DNA of 64,000 nucleotides from the IMG/VR virus record IMGVR_UViG_3300027806_000001, positions 96,001 through 160,000 of that record; one strand, 5' to 3'. Positions 53,316 through 62,100 of the stretch are shown in pieces. The position numbers and the translations under genes were made by a program. Origin of the DNA: a virus. Positions within the stretch are counted from its first letter, which is position 1, and each line of letters begins with the position of its first letter. The notes beneath the pieces are model-generated. The model did no database searches. It was not told where the DNA came from and was given only the letters and a program-made list of their open reading frames with translations.

Positions 53316-53842
53316 TCCGTCCTCCTTCCTATGGCAGACTCCAGGAACGCATCCATGGTATCCAGCACCGCGCCGCCGTCGCCCGAGGACGACGCGCGGA
53401 CGAGCCTGAAGTACCCCCTGGGGGACTTGGCCCCGATGTTGGTGTGCAGCACCATGTCCTGACCGATGGCCGCGTTGTAGAAGAACATCGCGGGGAAGCG
53501 GCCAGGTGCGCCGCACGCGGCGACGCACCTGGCGAATTCCTCCCACAGCGGCATCGAGTCGAGGGCCTTGGGGCGGCAGACCAGGTCGTTCAGGCTCCAG
53601 GACTGCACCCTGTTGGCCCTCAGGACGTAGGGATGGAGCAGGTCCTCGAGCGCCATCAGGGGCTCGTCGGACCTCTCCAGCGCCTCCGTCCAGGCCGACT
53701 TCTCCACGGGGTTGTCGTGGAAGATCCGGTTCACCAGCTTGCGGCAGACCTTGTTCTCGTAGGAGGCCTGCCTGTTGGCCTCCCGCTTCTCTCCCAGCCT
53801 GCGCACCCCGTCGAAGAAATTCGGTTCGTCTCGCTGCTTCAA
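53312..53842 (-). CDS. Hypothetical protein next to the recombinase
   Basis: Natural composition; SD GGAGGAG. Confidence 0.6.
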   Translation of the reverse strand: MKQRDEPNFFDGVRRLGEKREANRQASYENKVCRKLVNRIFHDNPVEKSAWTEALERSDEPLMALEDLLHPYVLRANRVQSWSLNDLVCRPKALDSMPLWEEFARCVAACGAPGRFPAMFFYNAAIGQDMVLHTNIGAKSPRGYFRLVRASSSGDGGAVLDTMDAFLESAIGRRTE

Positions 53843-53843
53843 G

Positions 53844-55085
53844 TCACTCCTCCTTCGGAGTCTCCTCCTGGACAGGCCCGCGGTACAGGCTCTGCTCGTA
53901 CACGTCGGCGTCCTCCTTGGGCAGGCCGAGGCCCTCCCAGACCTTCATGCGGTTGATGCCGAGGGCGTCCGAGATGCGCTCCCGCAGCTCGACGTTGGCC
54001 CGGATGGCCTCCCCCAGCTGCGTGTCCGTCACGGCCACGAGCCCCAGCTCCTTGCAGCTGTACTTGTTGCCGTTCTCCGTGACGTTCAGGATGTCCGTCA
54101 GGCGGCTCTTGACCCCGTTGGGAGACGGATCCGCCAGCATCATGGCCGTGGCGGCGTCCCAGTCGAACCAGCACCTGGAGATCTGGCCCGTGCCGGGATC
54201 GTTCTCCCAGCGGTACGGGATCTCCAGGTTGCGCTGCGACGTGCCCATGGAGTTCTTGTTCACCTTGATCTTGAGGATCTTCTCGGTGAACCCCCGGTTC
54301 TTCTTGAACACCGGGGTGGACTTCACCGCGGAGAACCAGAAGTCCAGGACCGCGTGGTAGTCCTGGCCCGTGCCGCCCGGCTTGCGCTTGGCGCCCGGGA
54401 TGGGGCTGCCGGGGTCGTCGGACAGGTGGTTGATGTAGATCAGCGAGTAGGGCCGCAGGAAGAGCTTCTTCGGGATGAACCTGAAGAACTCGTTGTGCGA
54501 CTTGCACTTGACCATGCCTCCCGTGTTGCGGGGACTGGCCGCGCCCTCCTTGTCGATCCTCTCGCGGCTCTCCTCGGTGTCGACGCCGCCCAGCGAGTCG
54601 ACGATGAACATGACCGGGATCTTGTTCAGGCTCTCGTTGACCTCGATGTCCTCGATGGCCTGGGTCAGCTGCTGCTGCCACTCCTCGGTGTGGAAGGAGA
54701 GGAAGTCGATCGTCTTCTGGGTGTTGGCGTATCCGACCACGGCCTGGTACAGGGGCGGGCTCTTCTTGTTCTCGGTGTCGATGTAGACGCAGATGCCCCC
54801 TGCGTCCATGAACAGCCTGGCCATGCTCATGGCGTAGGCGGACTTGCAGCTCTCCTTGGCTCCGGCCACGCCGAAGATCTTGCCCATCTGGTAGCACGTG
54901 ACGTCGGACAGCCAGCGGTACGAGATGTGGTCGCAGGGCAGGCCCCAGACCCTTTCGTGCAGGTCGGACGCCAGGCAGACCTGGGAGCCCGACACCTTCG
55001 TGGCGCTCTCAATGAGGGCCTTGATGCCCGAGAGCACCGCCGAAGCGGTGCTCTCGGGTGACGGCTTTTCCTTCTTCTTAGCCAT
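53844..55085 (-). CDS. RecA/UvsX-like recombinase
   Basis: Walker A variant GAKESCKS, VYIDTE, FIVDSLG, IYINH, GGTGQDYHA, KIKVNKN. Confidence 0.85.
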   Translation of the reverse strand: MAKKKEKPSPESTASAVLSGIKALIESATKVSGSQVCLASDLHERVWGLPCDHISYRWLSDVTCYQMGKIFGVAGAKESCKSAYAMSMARLFMDAGGICVYIDTENKKSPPLYQAVVGYANTQKTIDFLSFHTEEWQQQLTQAIEDIEVNESLNKIPVMFIVDSLGGVDTEESRERIDKEGAASPRNTGGMVKCKSHNEFFRFIPKKLFLRPYSLIYINHLSDDPGSPIPGAKRKPGGTGQDYHAVLDFWFSAVKSTPVFKKNRGFTEKILKIKVNKNSMGTSQRNLEIPYRWENDPGTGQISRCWFDWDAATAMMLADPSPNGVKSRLTDILNVTENGNKYSCKELGLVAVTDTQLGEAIRANVELRERISDALGINRMKVWEGLGLPKEDADVYEQSLYRGPVQEETPKEE

Positions 55086-55108
55086 TGCGTGTCTCCTTGT
55101 TCAGTTTC

Positions 55109-56677
55109 TCAGGCGTTTCCGCTCGGGTGTTCCTTGCGCATCTTCTCCATCGTCTCCCGCATGCGGGCCGACAGGTCCATCTTGCCGGCCGTCGGAGCGT
55201 TCGGCACCGAGGTCACGCCAGGAACCTGCGGGGCCGGAGCCTGCGGAGTCCTCGGAGCCTGCGGGGCCGGAGCCTGCGGGGCCGGAGCCTGCGGGGCCGG
55301 AGCCTGCGGAGTCCTCGGAGCCTGCGGAGTCCTCGGAGCCTGCGGGGCCGGAGCCTGCGGGGCCGGAGCCTGCGGAGTCCTCGGAGCCTGCGGAGTCCTC
55401 GGAGCCTGCGGAGCAGGCGCCCGGGGAGCCGGGGCGCGCGGAGCCGGAGGGGCCTCCCCATCGAGCTGCTCCTGCCCGTCCTCGCCGCCCTCGTACGAAT
55501 CAGGCACGCCGACGGACGATCCCGCCGAGATCACGCCGGCACCCTCGAGCGCCCACTCGTCCCCAGGGAACGCCTCGAGCAGCCACTGGATCTGCAGCTG
55601 CTCGTTGTTGTCCGCCAGGTAGTCCGCGATCGGACGGGCCTTCATCAGGACCTCCTCGGGCAGCTGGTAGCCGCCCATCGCGTCGGCCAGGTTGTCGACC
55701 CGGCAGCAGTAGGCGTCCATCTGCGCGGGGCCGGCCTTGTAGCTGGACCAGGTGACGAGCTTCTGCACCGACGCGAAGTCGGAGTGCAGGAAGCCGGCCT
55801 CCCAGGCAAGCTGGGCGTCGACGTCCTCGTAGATGTCGCCGAACTGCTCGCGGACGTAGTTCTCGTCGCAGGCCTGGGAGAGAGCCAGGCCGTCGGTGCG
55901 CTGGAACCACACGTCGTAGAAGCCCTCCTTGTCGCGGGCGTTCACCGGGCTCTGGATGCCGGTGACCTGGTTGACGAGCAGCACGCGCTGCTGGGGCCAG
56001 CAGGGCTGGTTGTTCTCGTCGACCGTGTAGCTCTTGCCGACGTTGGAGACCATGAACCCGTTGAGCAGCAGCGTCCGCTTGCCGCGGGCGATGGCCGCCT
56101 TGCTGTCAGGGCCGCCGGTGTCGTTCGGCGGGCAGAGCTCGAGGGCCCGGCGCACCTTGGCCGACCGGGGGTCGACCTGGATGCTCGGGACCGTGCGCTT
56201 CAGCGTCCGGTCGAACTTGTAGCCGCCGGCGGTGCGCCAGAGGTAGTCGTAGAGCTTGTACATGGGGCTGCGGTAGCCCTTGCCCCACTCGCGCTCGACC
56301 TGGATGACGGAGCCGTCCTCCCCCTCCTGGATGTTGATCGCGAGGATGTCGCGGCGATTCTTGCGGTCCGGGTTGTTGCCCACCTTGCGGTAGACGAGGA
56401 CGTGGTCGAGGCCGTACTGGCCCAGGGTCGGCACGTAGCCGAACTTCTCGTCGCCCCGGACGCCGCCACTGGTCATCGCCTGGCTGGCGCCGTGCGACGG
56501 GTGCGGAGGCACGAGGATGAAGCTGCACGGGCCCTGGGTGCCCAGGTAGGAGAGCGGCGGAGCCTCGTCGTTGAGGATCTTCTGCCACTCGGAGCTGCCG
56601 TTGCCGTCGCCCCCGGAGGAGGCGTCGTCGCTGATGCGTCGGTTGATGTCACGGAAATTGCGGTTCTGGCTGGTCAT
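55109..56677 (-). CDS. Probable single-stranded DNA-binding protein with Pro/Gln/Ala repeat tail
   Basis: Lies between RecA-like and PolA genes; aromatic/acidic body with a low-complexity tail. Function inferred from context. Confidence 0.45.
   Translation of the reverse strand: MTSQNRNFRDINRRISDDASSGGDGNGSSEWQKILNDEAPPLSYLGTQGPCSFILVPPHPSHGASQAMTSGGVRGDEKFGYVPTLGQYGLDHVLVYRKVGNNPDRKNRRDILAINIQEGEDGSVIQVEREWGKGYRSPMYKLYDYLWRTAGGYKFDRTLKRTVPSIQVDPRSAKVRRALELCPPNDTGGPDSKAAIARGKRTLLLNGFMVSNVGKSYTVDENNQPCWPQQRVLLVNQVTGIQSPVNARDKEGFYDVWFQRTDGLALSQACDENYVREQFGDIYEDVDAQLAWEAGFLHSDFASVQKLVTWSSYKAGPAQMDAYCCRVDNLADAMGGYQLPEEVLMKARPIADYLADNNEQLQIQWLLEAFPGDEWALEGAGVISAGSSVGVPDSYEGGEDGQEQLDGEAPPAPRAPAPRAPAPQAPRTPQAPRTPQAPAPQAPAPQAPRTPQAPRTPQAPAPQAPAPQAPAPQAPRTPQAPAPQVPGVTSVPNAPTAGKMDLSARMRETMEKMRKEHPSGNA
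55220..55412. repeat. Coding tandem repeat of 15-bp and 18-bp units (APQAP / RTPQAP)
   Basis: GGGGCCGGAGCCTGC and GGAGTCCTCGGAGCCTGC units interspersed. Confidence 0.9.
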
Positions 56678-56708
56678 GGGTCTTTCTCTGGATTTTTTTC
56701 TTGCGGGT

Positions 56709-59606
56709 TCACTTGACGTACTTCGCGAGGGAAGGATAGCGGGCCACGTCCTCGTCGGAAAGAGGCTCGCCCCATCTCACGCACACTTCGGGATCAATCG
56801 AAAGCAGCAGGTCCGATCCCGGGATCCTGCAGTTCTCGCACATCGCGGTCGAGACGACCTCCATGGTCTCCTCGACCTGCTCCACCGGACACTTGAACAG
56901 GATCTGATCGTGCACTGACATCAGGATCTTGAACCTCAGGTGCGGCCTCTCGAGCCGCCTCGCGAGGTACACGTTGACCAGCGCCAGCGACATGAGGTCG
57001 CCGACCGTCCCCTGGATGGGGGAGTTCATGGCCTGGCGCTCCTGATGGGAGAGCATCTCCCGGTCCGTCGTGGGCTCGAACCGCCTGCGGCGGCCGAACC
57101 CGTTCTCCACGTGCCCTACGAGCACCACCGCCGCCTTCAGGGTCTCGAGCCAGTTCGCCAGTTCGGGAAACGTCGTCTTGAACTTGTTGACCGCGTTCTG
57201 GGCCTCCTCCTGCGTGATCTCGATGCCCTCCAGCCGGACCGCCCCGGCGACCGCCGCAGCCCCCCGGCCGTAGGCGATGCCGAAGACGATCGTCTTGGCG
57301 ATCGTGCGGAACTTGGTCCACCCCTGCTCCTTGAGCCAGTCCTTCAGGCCCTTGGAGTATTCGGCCGGAGGCCGCTCGAGCTTGAACATCTCGACGGCCA
57401 CCTCGGAGTGGAAGTCGGCGTCCGGATCGGACAGCTTGACCTGCATGGCGCTGTCCTTGGCGAGCCAGGCCATCACGAACAGCTCGGCCTGCTTCCAGTC
57501 GCAGTCGAGCAGGCACCACCCCTCCTCCTCGGTGAAGCACGAGCGGATCGGGGGAGGAGGCGACGGATCGCCCTTGAACGCCTTGGACACCAGGCCCTCG
57601 GCGGTCTTGGGCATCTGCGCCATGTTGGGGTCGCTGTGGCCGTACCGGCCGGTCTCGATCGTCTGCCGGATCCTGCAGTGGATGCGGCCATCCGGCCAGA
57701 CCTTGGACAGCAGGCCCTTTTCGACCGAATGCACCCCCGCCTCGTCCTCCTGGAACGAGCCGGTGAAGTTCTTCACGGTCTGCGCGACCGCGGAGTACAG
57801 CTGCATCGCCTCCAGGAACGGATCGTCGGGATGATCGAGCCGGAGGGAGGTCAGCGTCTCCTTGTCCGTCGACGGCGAGGCTGTCTTCAGGGCCTCGGGC
57901 TTGCGGACCACCTCCTCCCACTTGCGGCCGTCGGTCGCCAGCACCGGAGTGAACCTGCGCAGCAGGACGCCGGGCGGCACGGCGGCCTCCTTGCCGGGCT
58001 TCGACCAGCCGAACATCGCCAGGGCCCTCTGCGGCGGCGAGTCGGGGTTGAACTCCGGCCACTTGAGCAGGCCCCTGAGCCTGTTGGCCAGCTCGTCCCG
58101 CTTGGCGGTGTACTTCTGCGCCAGCAGCACGAGCCTCTCCCGGTCGATCAGCATGCCGGTGTTCTCCATCTCCAGGATGGGGAGCGTGGCCGGCATGACG
58201 ATGTCCCGGAACAGGGAGGAGATCCTCTCGTTGCCAGGGGCCGCCATCTCCTCGCGCTGGATGAGGAAGATCCTGAAGGTGCCGTCGGCGTCGGCCGCCG
58301 CGTACGGCTCCAGGATCTCGTCAGGGATGCCTCCGTAGCCCAGCGTCTCGAGGTCGTACTTGTTGGACTTGATCCACTGCGACAGCGGCAGGTCGTACCT
58401 GCCCAGGTCGGTGTGCCTGGCGATGTAGTTCTCGAGGCCCTGGGGCCAGTTCTCGTCCAGCAGGTGCCCGGCGAGGCCGGTGTCCCAGCCTCCGAGGACC
58501 CCGAGCTCGACGTCGACCCCGTGGTGCTGCAGCCATGGCAGGTCGGCGCGGATGAAGTGCGCGACCAGACCCAGGTCCTTGATCAGCCTGCGGATCTCCG
58601 CCCAGGTCTCCTCGTGGCGCTCCTGCAGCTCGGTGGGTGTCTTCCCAGCCCCGTGCAGCACTACCACGAGGGCCTTGCCAGGGGCCCACGAGAACTGGAC
58701 GCACCTCAGCCAGCCGTCCTGAGGGTTGGAGCCGCCCCACTCGCAGTCGACCGAGACGTACCCGACCGCCTCCCGCCGGATGCGGTCGACGTGCTCCCTG
58801 AGCTGCTCGACGCCGCGGCAGTAGATGTACTCGGTCTCGACTCGCTCCTGAGCCTTGGCGGGCCCGGCCAGCTCGTTGGCCAGCCTGGAGAGCTCGAGGC
58901 CGATCGGACCGCGGTTCTCGGGCGAGTACTGGATGGACGAGAAGTCCATGACCGCCGCGGTGCGGACCCCCAGCGGGCTCTCCTCGGCGGACAGGGTCCT
59001 GCCCCTCATGGAATCGGCCGTGGCCTTGGCGCCCAGCACGGCCTTGAGGACCTTGCTGCCCAGGAGCACGACCATCTCCGGCCCGACCACCTCGATCTCG
59101 CGCTTCAGCGCCGGCATGAAGGAATCGACCAGGTCCTTTGGGATGGCCGGCTTCTTGCCGTCGACGCTGTGCTTGACGAGCGTGGTGTAGTAGCAGTCGG
59201 ACGGGAAGCCGGACTTGGCGGCCAGGGCCTCGAACTCCGGCACCCAGTCTCCGTGCATCAGGCGGCACGCCTGGGTCTCGGCCGTGTTGGGCCAGGATCC
59301 CACCAGCATGACCCGGGCCTCCCGCGGGCCCTCCTCCTTGGTGGTCACGTGGATGCCCGGCAGCAGCACCACCTGCTGCAGCCTCGACGCCTCCTCGGCC
59401 GGCACGGTCATGCAGGTCACCTGGCGCAGCATCTCGTCGAACGCCCAGGCCACCTGCTGCCCGGTCTCCTCGGCCCTGCGGACCGCGATGGCGCCGTAGC
59501 GCTCCAGGTCCGGGTTCACCGGCGGCTTCTCGACCACCGCCTTCTTCCTGCCCTTGGACGAAACGGCCGCCTCTCCGGCGGCCTCAGACTTGCCCTTGGA
59601 TGTCAT
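56709..59606 (-). CDS. Family A DNA polymerase with N-terminal UDG-like domain and 3'-5' exonuclease
   Basis: VMLVGSWP, YYTTLVKH, EIEVVGPEMVVLLGS (UDG-like); VDCE and YAAADAD (exo); DWKQAE, RTIAKTIVFGIAYG, NSPIQGT, VHDQ (pol motifs A-C). Confidence 0.93.
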   Translation of the reverse strand: MTSKGKSEAAGEAAVSSKGRKKAVVEKPPVNPDLERYGAIAVRRAEETGQQVAWAFDEMLRQVTCMTVPAEEASRLQQVVLLPGIHVTTKEEGPREARVMLVGSWPNTAETQACRLMHGDWVPEFEALAAKSGFPSDCYYTTLVKHSVDGKKPAIPKDLVDSFMPALKREIEVVGPEMVVLLGSKVLKAVLGAKATADSMRGRTLSAEESPLGVRTAAVMDFSSIQYSPENRGPIGLELSRLANELAGPAKAQERVETEYIYCRGVEQLREHVDRIRREAVGYVSVDCEWGGSNPQDGWLRCVQFSWAPGKALVVVLHGAGKTPTELQERHEETWAEIRRLIKDLGLVAHFIRADLPWLQHHGVDVELGVLGGWDTGLAGHLLDENWPQGLENYIARHTDLGRYDLPLSQWIKSNKYDLETLGYGGIPDEILEPYAAADADGTFRIFLIQREEMAAPGNERISSLFRDIVMPATLPILEMENTGMLIDRERLVLLAQKYTAKRDELANRLRGLLKWPEFNPDSPPQRALAMFGWSKPGKEAAVPPGVLLRRFTPVLATDGRKWEEVVRKPEALKTASPSTDKETLTSLRLDHPDDPFLEAMQLYSAVAQTVKNFTGSFQEDEAGVHSVEKGLLSKVWPDGRIHCRIRQTIETGRYGHSDPNMAQMPKTAEGLVSKAFKGDPSPPPPIRSCFTEEEGWCLLDCDWKQAELFVMAWLAKDSAMQVKLSDPDADFHSEVAVEMFKLERPPAEYSKGLKDWLKEQGWTKFRTIAKTIVFGIAYGRGAAAVAGAVRLEGIEITQEEAQNAVNKFKTTFPELANWLETLKAAVVLVGHVENGFGRRRRFEPTTDREMLSHQERQAMNSPIQGTVGDLMSLALVNVYLARRLERPHLRFKILMSVHDQILFKCPVEQVEETMEVVSTAMCENCRIPGSDLLLSIDPEVCVRWGEPLSDEDVARYPSLAKYVK

Positions 59607-59633
59607 GCTTTGCTCCTGTTCCTGATTCCATGG

Positions 59634-59825
59634 TCAGATCTTGATGTCGGTGATGTCGGCCGGACCGTCGACCATCGTTATGGAGTCCCACTCCTCGTTG
59701 AAACCCTCGGTCTCGTGCAGGTAATCGACGAGCCTCTTGACCGTGATGAGCCTGTCGCTCGTCACGCGGTAGACGAACGAGCCCGCATTGCGGAACTCGA
59801 CGACCACAAGCGCCTGGTACTTCAC
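59634..59825 (-). CDS. Small hypothetical protein
   Basis: Coupled GTGA overlap. Confidence 0.55.
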   Translation of the reverse strand: MKYQALVVVEFRNAGSFVYRVTSDRLITVKRLVDYLHETEGFNEEWDSITMVDGPADITDIKI

Positions 59826-59962
59826 GCGCCACCCCCAAACAGCAGCCAGCCGATGGCTATGCCGACAATGCAGCCGATCGCGAATCCCGCGCCAGCGGCG
59901 ATGAACCCGAATCGGAGTACCGCGACCCCCATCTCGTCGTACAGTTGATTACCCCAGTTCAC
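59822..59962 (-). CDS. Small membrane peptide (46 aa; not in ORF track)
   Basis: MNWGNQLYDEMGVAVLRFGFIAAGAGFAIGCIVGIAIGWLLFGGGA; GTGA overlaps at both ends. Confidence 0.55.
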   Translation of the reverse strand: MNWGNQLYDEMGVAVLRFGFIAAGAGFAIGCIVGIAIGWLLFGGGA

Positions 59963-60243
59963 GCGCCACCCCCTTCCTTCTTGGCGAAGCAGTTCCAGCC
60001 GTTCACCTCAGCCACGTGCTCCGGCTTGACGGGCTCCGTACGAGGCTGGGGGTTGTGCTCGTTCTCGATCTCGGCGATGATCTCGCAGGCGGTCCGAAGG
60101 TGTGCGGTGCGCTCGGCCAGCTCGGCCTGCAGGCGCTTCATCTCGTCCGCGTACCTTCGCAGGGCCATGGCCAGAGGGTAGACGCTCTCCGCGGCGACAG
60201 CCCACGCCTGCATCTGGGCAATCATCTCTTTGTCCTTGCTCAT
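59959..60243 (-). CDS. Hypothetical protein with ...VAEVNGWNCF C-terminus
   Basis: C-terminus resembles the GW module in the 12-16 kb array. Confidence 0.6.
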   Translation of the reverse strand: MSKDKEMIAQMQAWAVAAESVYPLAMALRRYADEMKRLQAELAERTAHLRTACEIIAEIENEHNPQPRTEPVKPEHVAEVNGWNCFAKKEGGGA

Positions 60244-60545
60244 TGCTCCTTGCCTCCTTCTTCCTCAGGTTCCACGGTCACGGCAAGTCCCTCGGCCTGC
60301 AGCCGCTCCGAGATCAGCTCGGCGAACTCCAGGTGCGTGACCTTGACGGTCCTCTTGCCGAACAGGTGGGTCTCGATGGCCAGGTCCGTCGCCGCGTTGA
60401 CGTCCAGCCCCAGGACCTCCATCAGGGCGGCCTCGACCTCGTCGAAGGTGTGCTCCTGGTCGTTGTGCAGGACGACGCGATACTTGCGCAGCTCCGAGGA
60501 CCTGGCCTGGGGGCTGCCCTTCTTTCCCTTCCGGGGTGTCTTCAT
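60240..60545 (-). CDS. clpS: ClpS-like N-degron adaptor
   Basis: YRVVLHNDQEHTFDEV..AL..V...A..LA.E.H..GK..V...A...S..L...GL.VTVEP. Confidence 0.85.
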   Translation of the reverse strand: MKTPRKGKKGSPQARSSELRKYRVVLHNDQEHTFDEVEAALMEVLGLDVNAATDLAIETHLFGKRTVKVTHLEFAELISERLQAEGLAVTVEPEEEGGKEQ

Positions 60546-60548
60546 GTC

Positions 60549-61037
60549 TCAGCCTTTCTTGAGGTCTTTCAGCAGGCCCAGCAGCTCGTCGAGCCTGTCC
60601 AGCACCATCTCGTGCTTCTCGTCGATCTGGTCTATGCGCAGGTTGAGCCGCTCCATCTCGCAGGTCAGGCTGATTCCTCCGCGTTCGGCGCCGTCTTCAG
60701 GACTCTGTACGACCAGGTCGCGGGCCACGATCGTGCAGACCTGGTCTTTGACATTCATGCCGACGTCGACCGAGTCTTTTGTATAAGTCGCCGTCGCCCA
60801 GTTGACGCCTGCGTCGGTGCAGACAAGCGTCTGCCCCGGCTGCCCACATTGCGGCAGCGTGAACGGTACAGTGACATCGAGGCCGACGTTCGACAGCGTG
60901 ACGCCGTACGAATCCTGCAATCCAGACTTGCCGGAGATCCAGGGGTCATCGCACTCGGGTTGTGGACTGGCATCCTCAGAGTCGACCATCGCGCACCTCC
61001 CTTGATCATTGCGGCGCGCCGGAACGTCCCAGCGCAT
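60549..61037 (-). CDS. Hypothetical protein
   Basis: Acidic ORF; start uncertain. Confidence 0.5.
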   Translation of the reverse strand: MRWDVPARRNDQGRCAMVDSEDASPQPECDDPWISGKSGLQDSYGVTLSNVGLDVTVPFTLPQCGQPGQTLVCTDAGVNWATATYTKDSVDVGMNVKDQVCTIVARDLVVQSPEDGAERGGISLTCEMERLNLRIDQIDEKHEMVLDRLDELLGLLKDLKKG

Positions 61038-62100
61038 CCTCGATCATACCAAGCAAGGTGTCGGAGTCAAGGCTCGCGGCGTCCTTTCCTTCCGGCAGCA
61101 GCACCGTGGTGCAGCCCCCTGCGACCTGCTTTCGGAGTCGCTCGATGCAGCCGTAGATCCGGCCGTTGGCCGCGGCCTCGGACTCGATCAGGAAGACGAT
61201 CCGGCCGTCCTTGAACCGGGCGGCCAGCAGCTCCTCCTGCATGGGCCTGGGGTACATGCCGAAGGTCGAGACGCCGGCCGCCCCGCAGGCGATCGCCGAC
61301 AGGGTGCCCTCGGAGACCAGGCAGAAGGATCCGCCCGAGAACGCCGCGGCCTCGTCCAGCCGGTACACGGTCGTGCCGGTGGCGTACCCCGGCGCGTTCA
61401 GGTACTTCCTGATGACCTGCTTGCCGGTGACGGGGTCCTTAGGGATCTCGCCCACGTACCTGGCCAGCCATCCGTGCCACGCGCCCTGCTGGATGTTGGG
61501 GATGATGATTCGGTTCTCGGGAGTGACCAGGTGCCAGTTGCCGGCGCCGTCCTGGATGCTCCTCTTCCACGGGCTGCGGCTGCAGTAGACGAACCCGTAC
61601 TCGTCGGACAGCAGGTCCAGGTCGAACCCTCGGCCGGCCAGGTACTGCGCCGCCGGATGGTCCGACGGCAGTCCGTTGACCGGGGTCAGGTCCTGCGGGT
61701 CGCCCGGCAGGTCCATCCGGTGGTGCGCGCCGGAACGGGCCTCCTGCAGGGCGTGCTCCTGCAGCCGGGGACCGCCCCTCAGGATGTCGAACAGGTCGAC
61801 CTTGCAGTCCTCGTTCCAGCACTTCGTGCAGGAGAAGACCCGCCGGTTGGCCTTGGTGCAGAACACGCCCCACATGTGGCCGACGTAGAACCGGCCGCGC
61901 GTGTCCCCGCACTCCGGGCAGTTGACCGAGTAGGTCTCGCCCCAGTCCCTCCACTCGATGAAGCCGCGGGGCCTGTCCGCGGCGTACGAGTCCAGGTCGA
62001 TCCGGATCTCGTACGCCGCGGGGGACCCGGGATTGGTGACGTGCACGTGGCCGAAGCAGTTGCCGAGGGCCTCGCGCAGGTCGGGGTTCAGGTAGGTCAT
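61006..62100 (-). CDS. DNA primase (zinc-binding plus TOPRIM-like)
   Basis: Start trimmed to MTYLNP; CPECGD...C...C, YLAGRGF, RIIIP, KYLNAPG, LVSEG..SA...G. Confidence 0.8.
   Translation of the reverse strand: MTYLNPDLREALGNCFGHVHVTNPGSPAAYEIRIDLDSYAADRPRGFIEWRDWGETYSVNCPECGDTRGRFYVGHMWGVFCTKANRRVFSCTKCWNEDCKVDLFDILRGGPRLQEHALQEARSGAHHRMDLPGDPQDLTPVNGLPSDHPAAQYLAGRGFDLDLLSDEYGFVYCSRSPWKRSIQDGAGNWHLVTPENRIIIPNIQQGAWHGWLARYVGEIPKDPVTGKQVIRKYLNAPGYATGTTVYRLDEAAAFSGGSFCLVSEGTLSAIACGAAGVSTFGMYPRPMQEELLAARFKDGRIVFLIESEAAANGRIYGCIERLRKQVAGGCTTVLLPEGKDAASLDSDTLLGMIEDALGRSGAPQ

Noticed and set aside
55220-55412. CRISPR-like repeat
   Set aside because: No unique spacers; units are contiguous multiples of 3 within a CDS.
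51132-59606. 2-aminoadenine (Z) genome
   Set aside because: Only a DUF5664-like gene and PolA are seen; no PurZ in the window, so the claim is unsupported.
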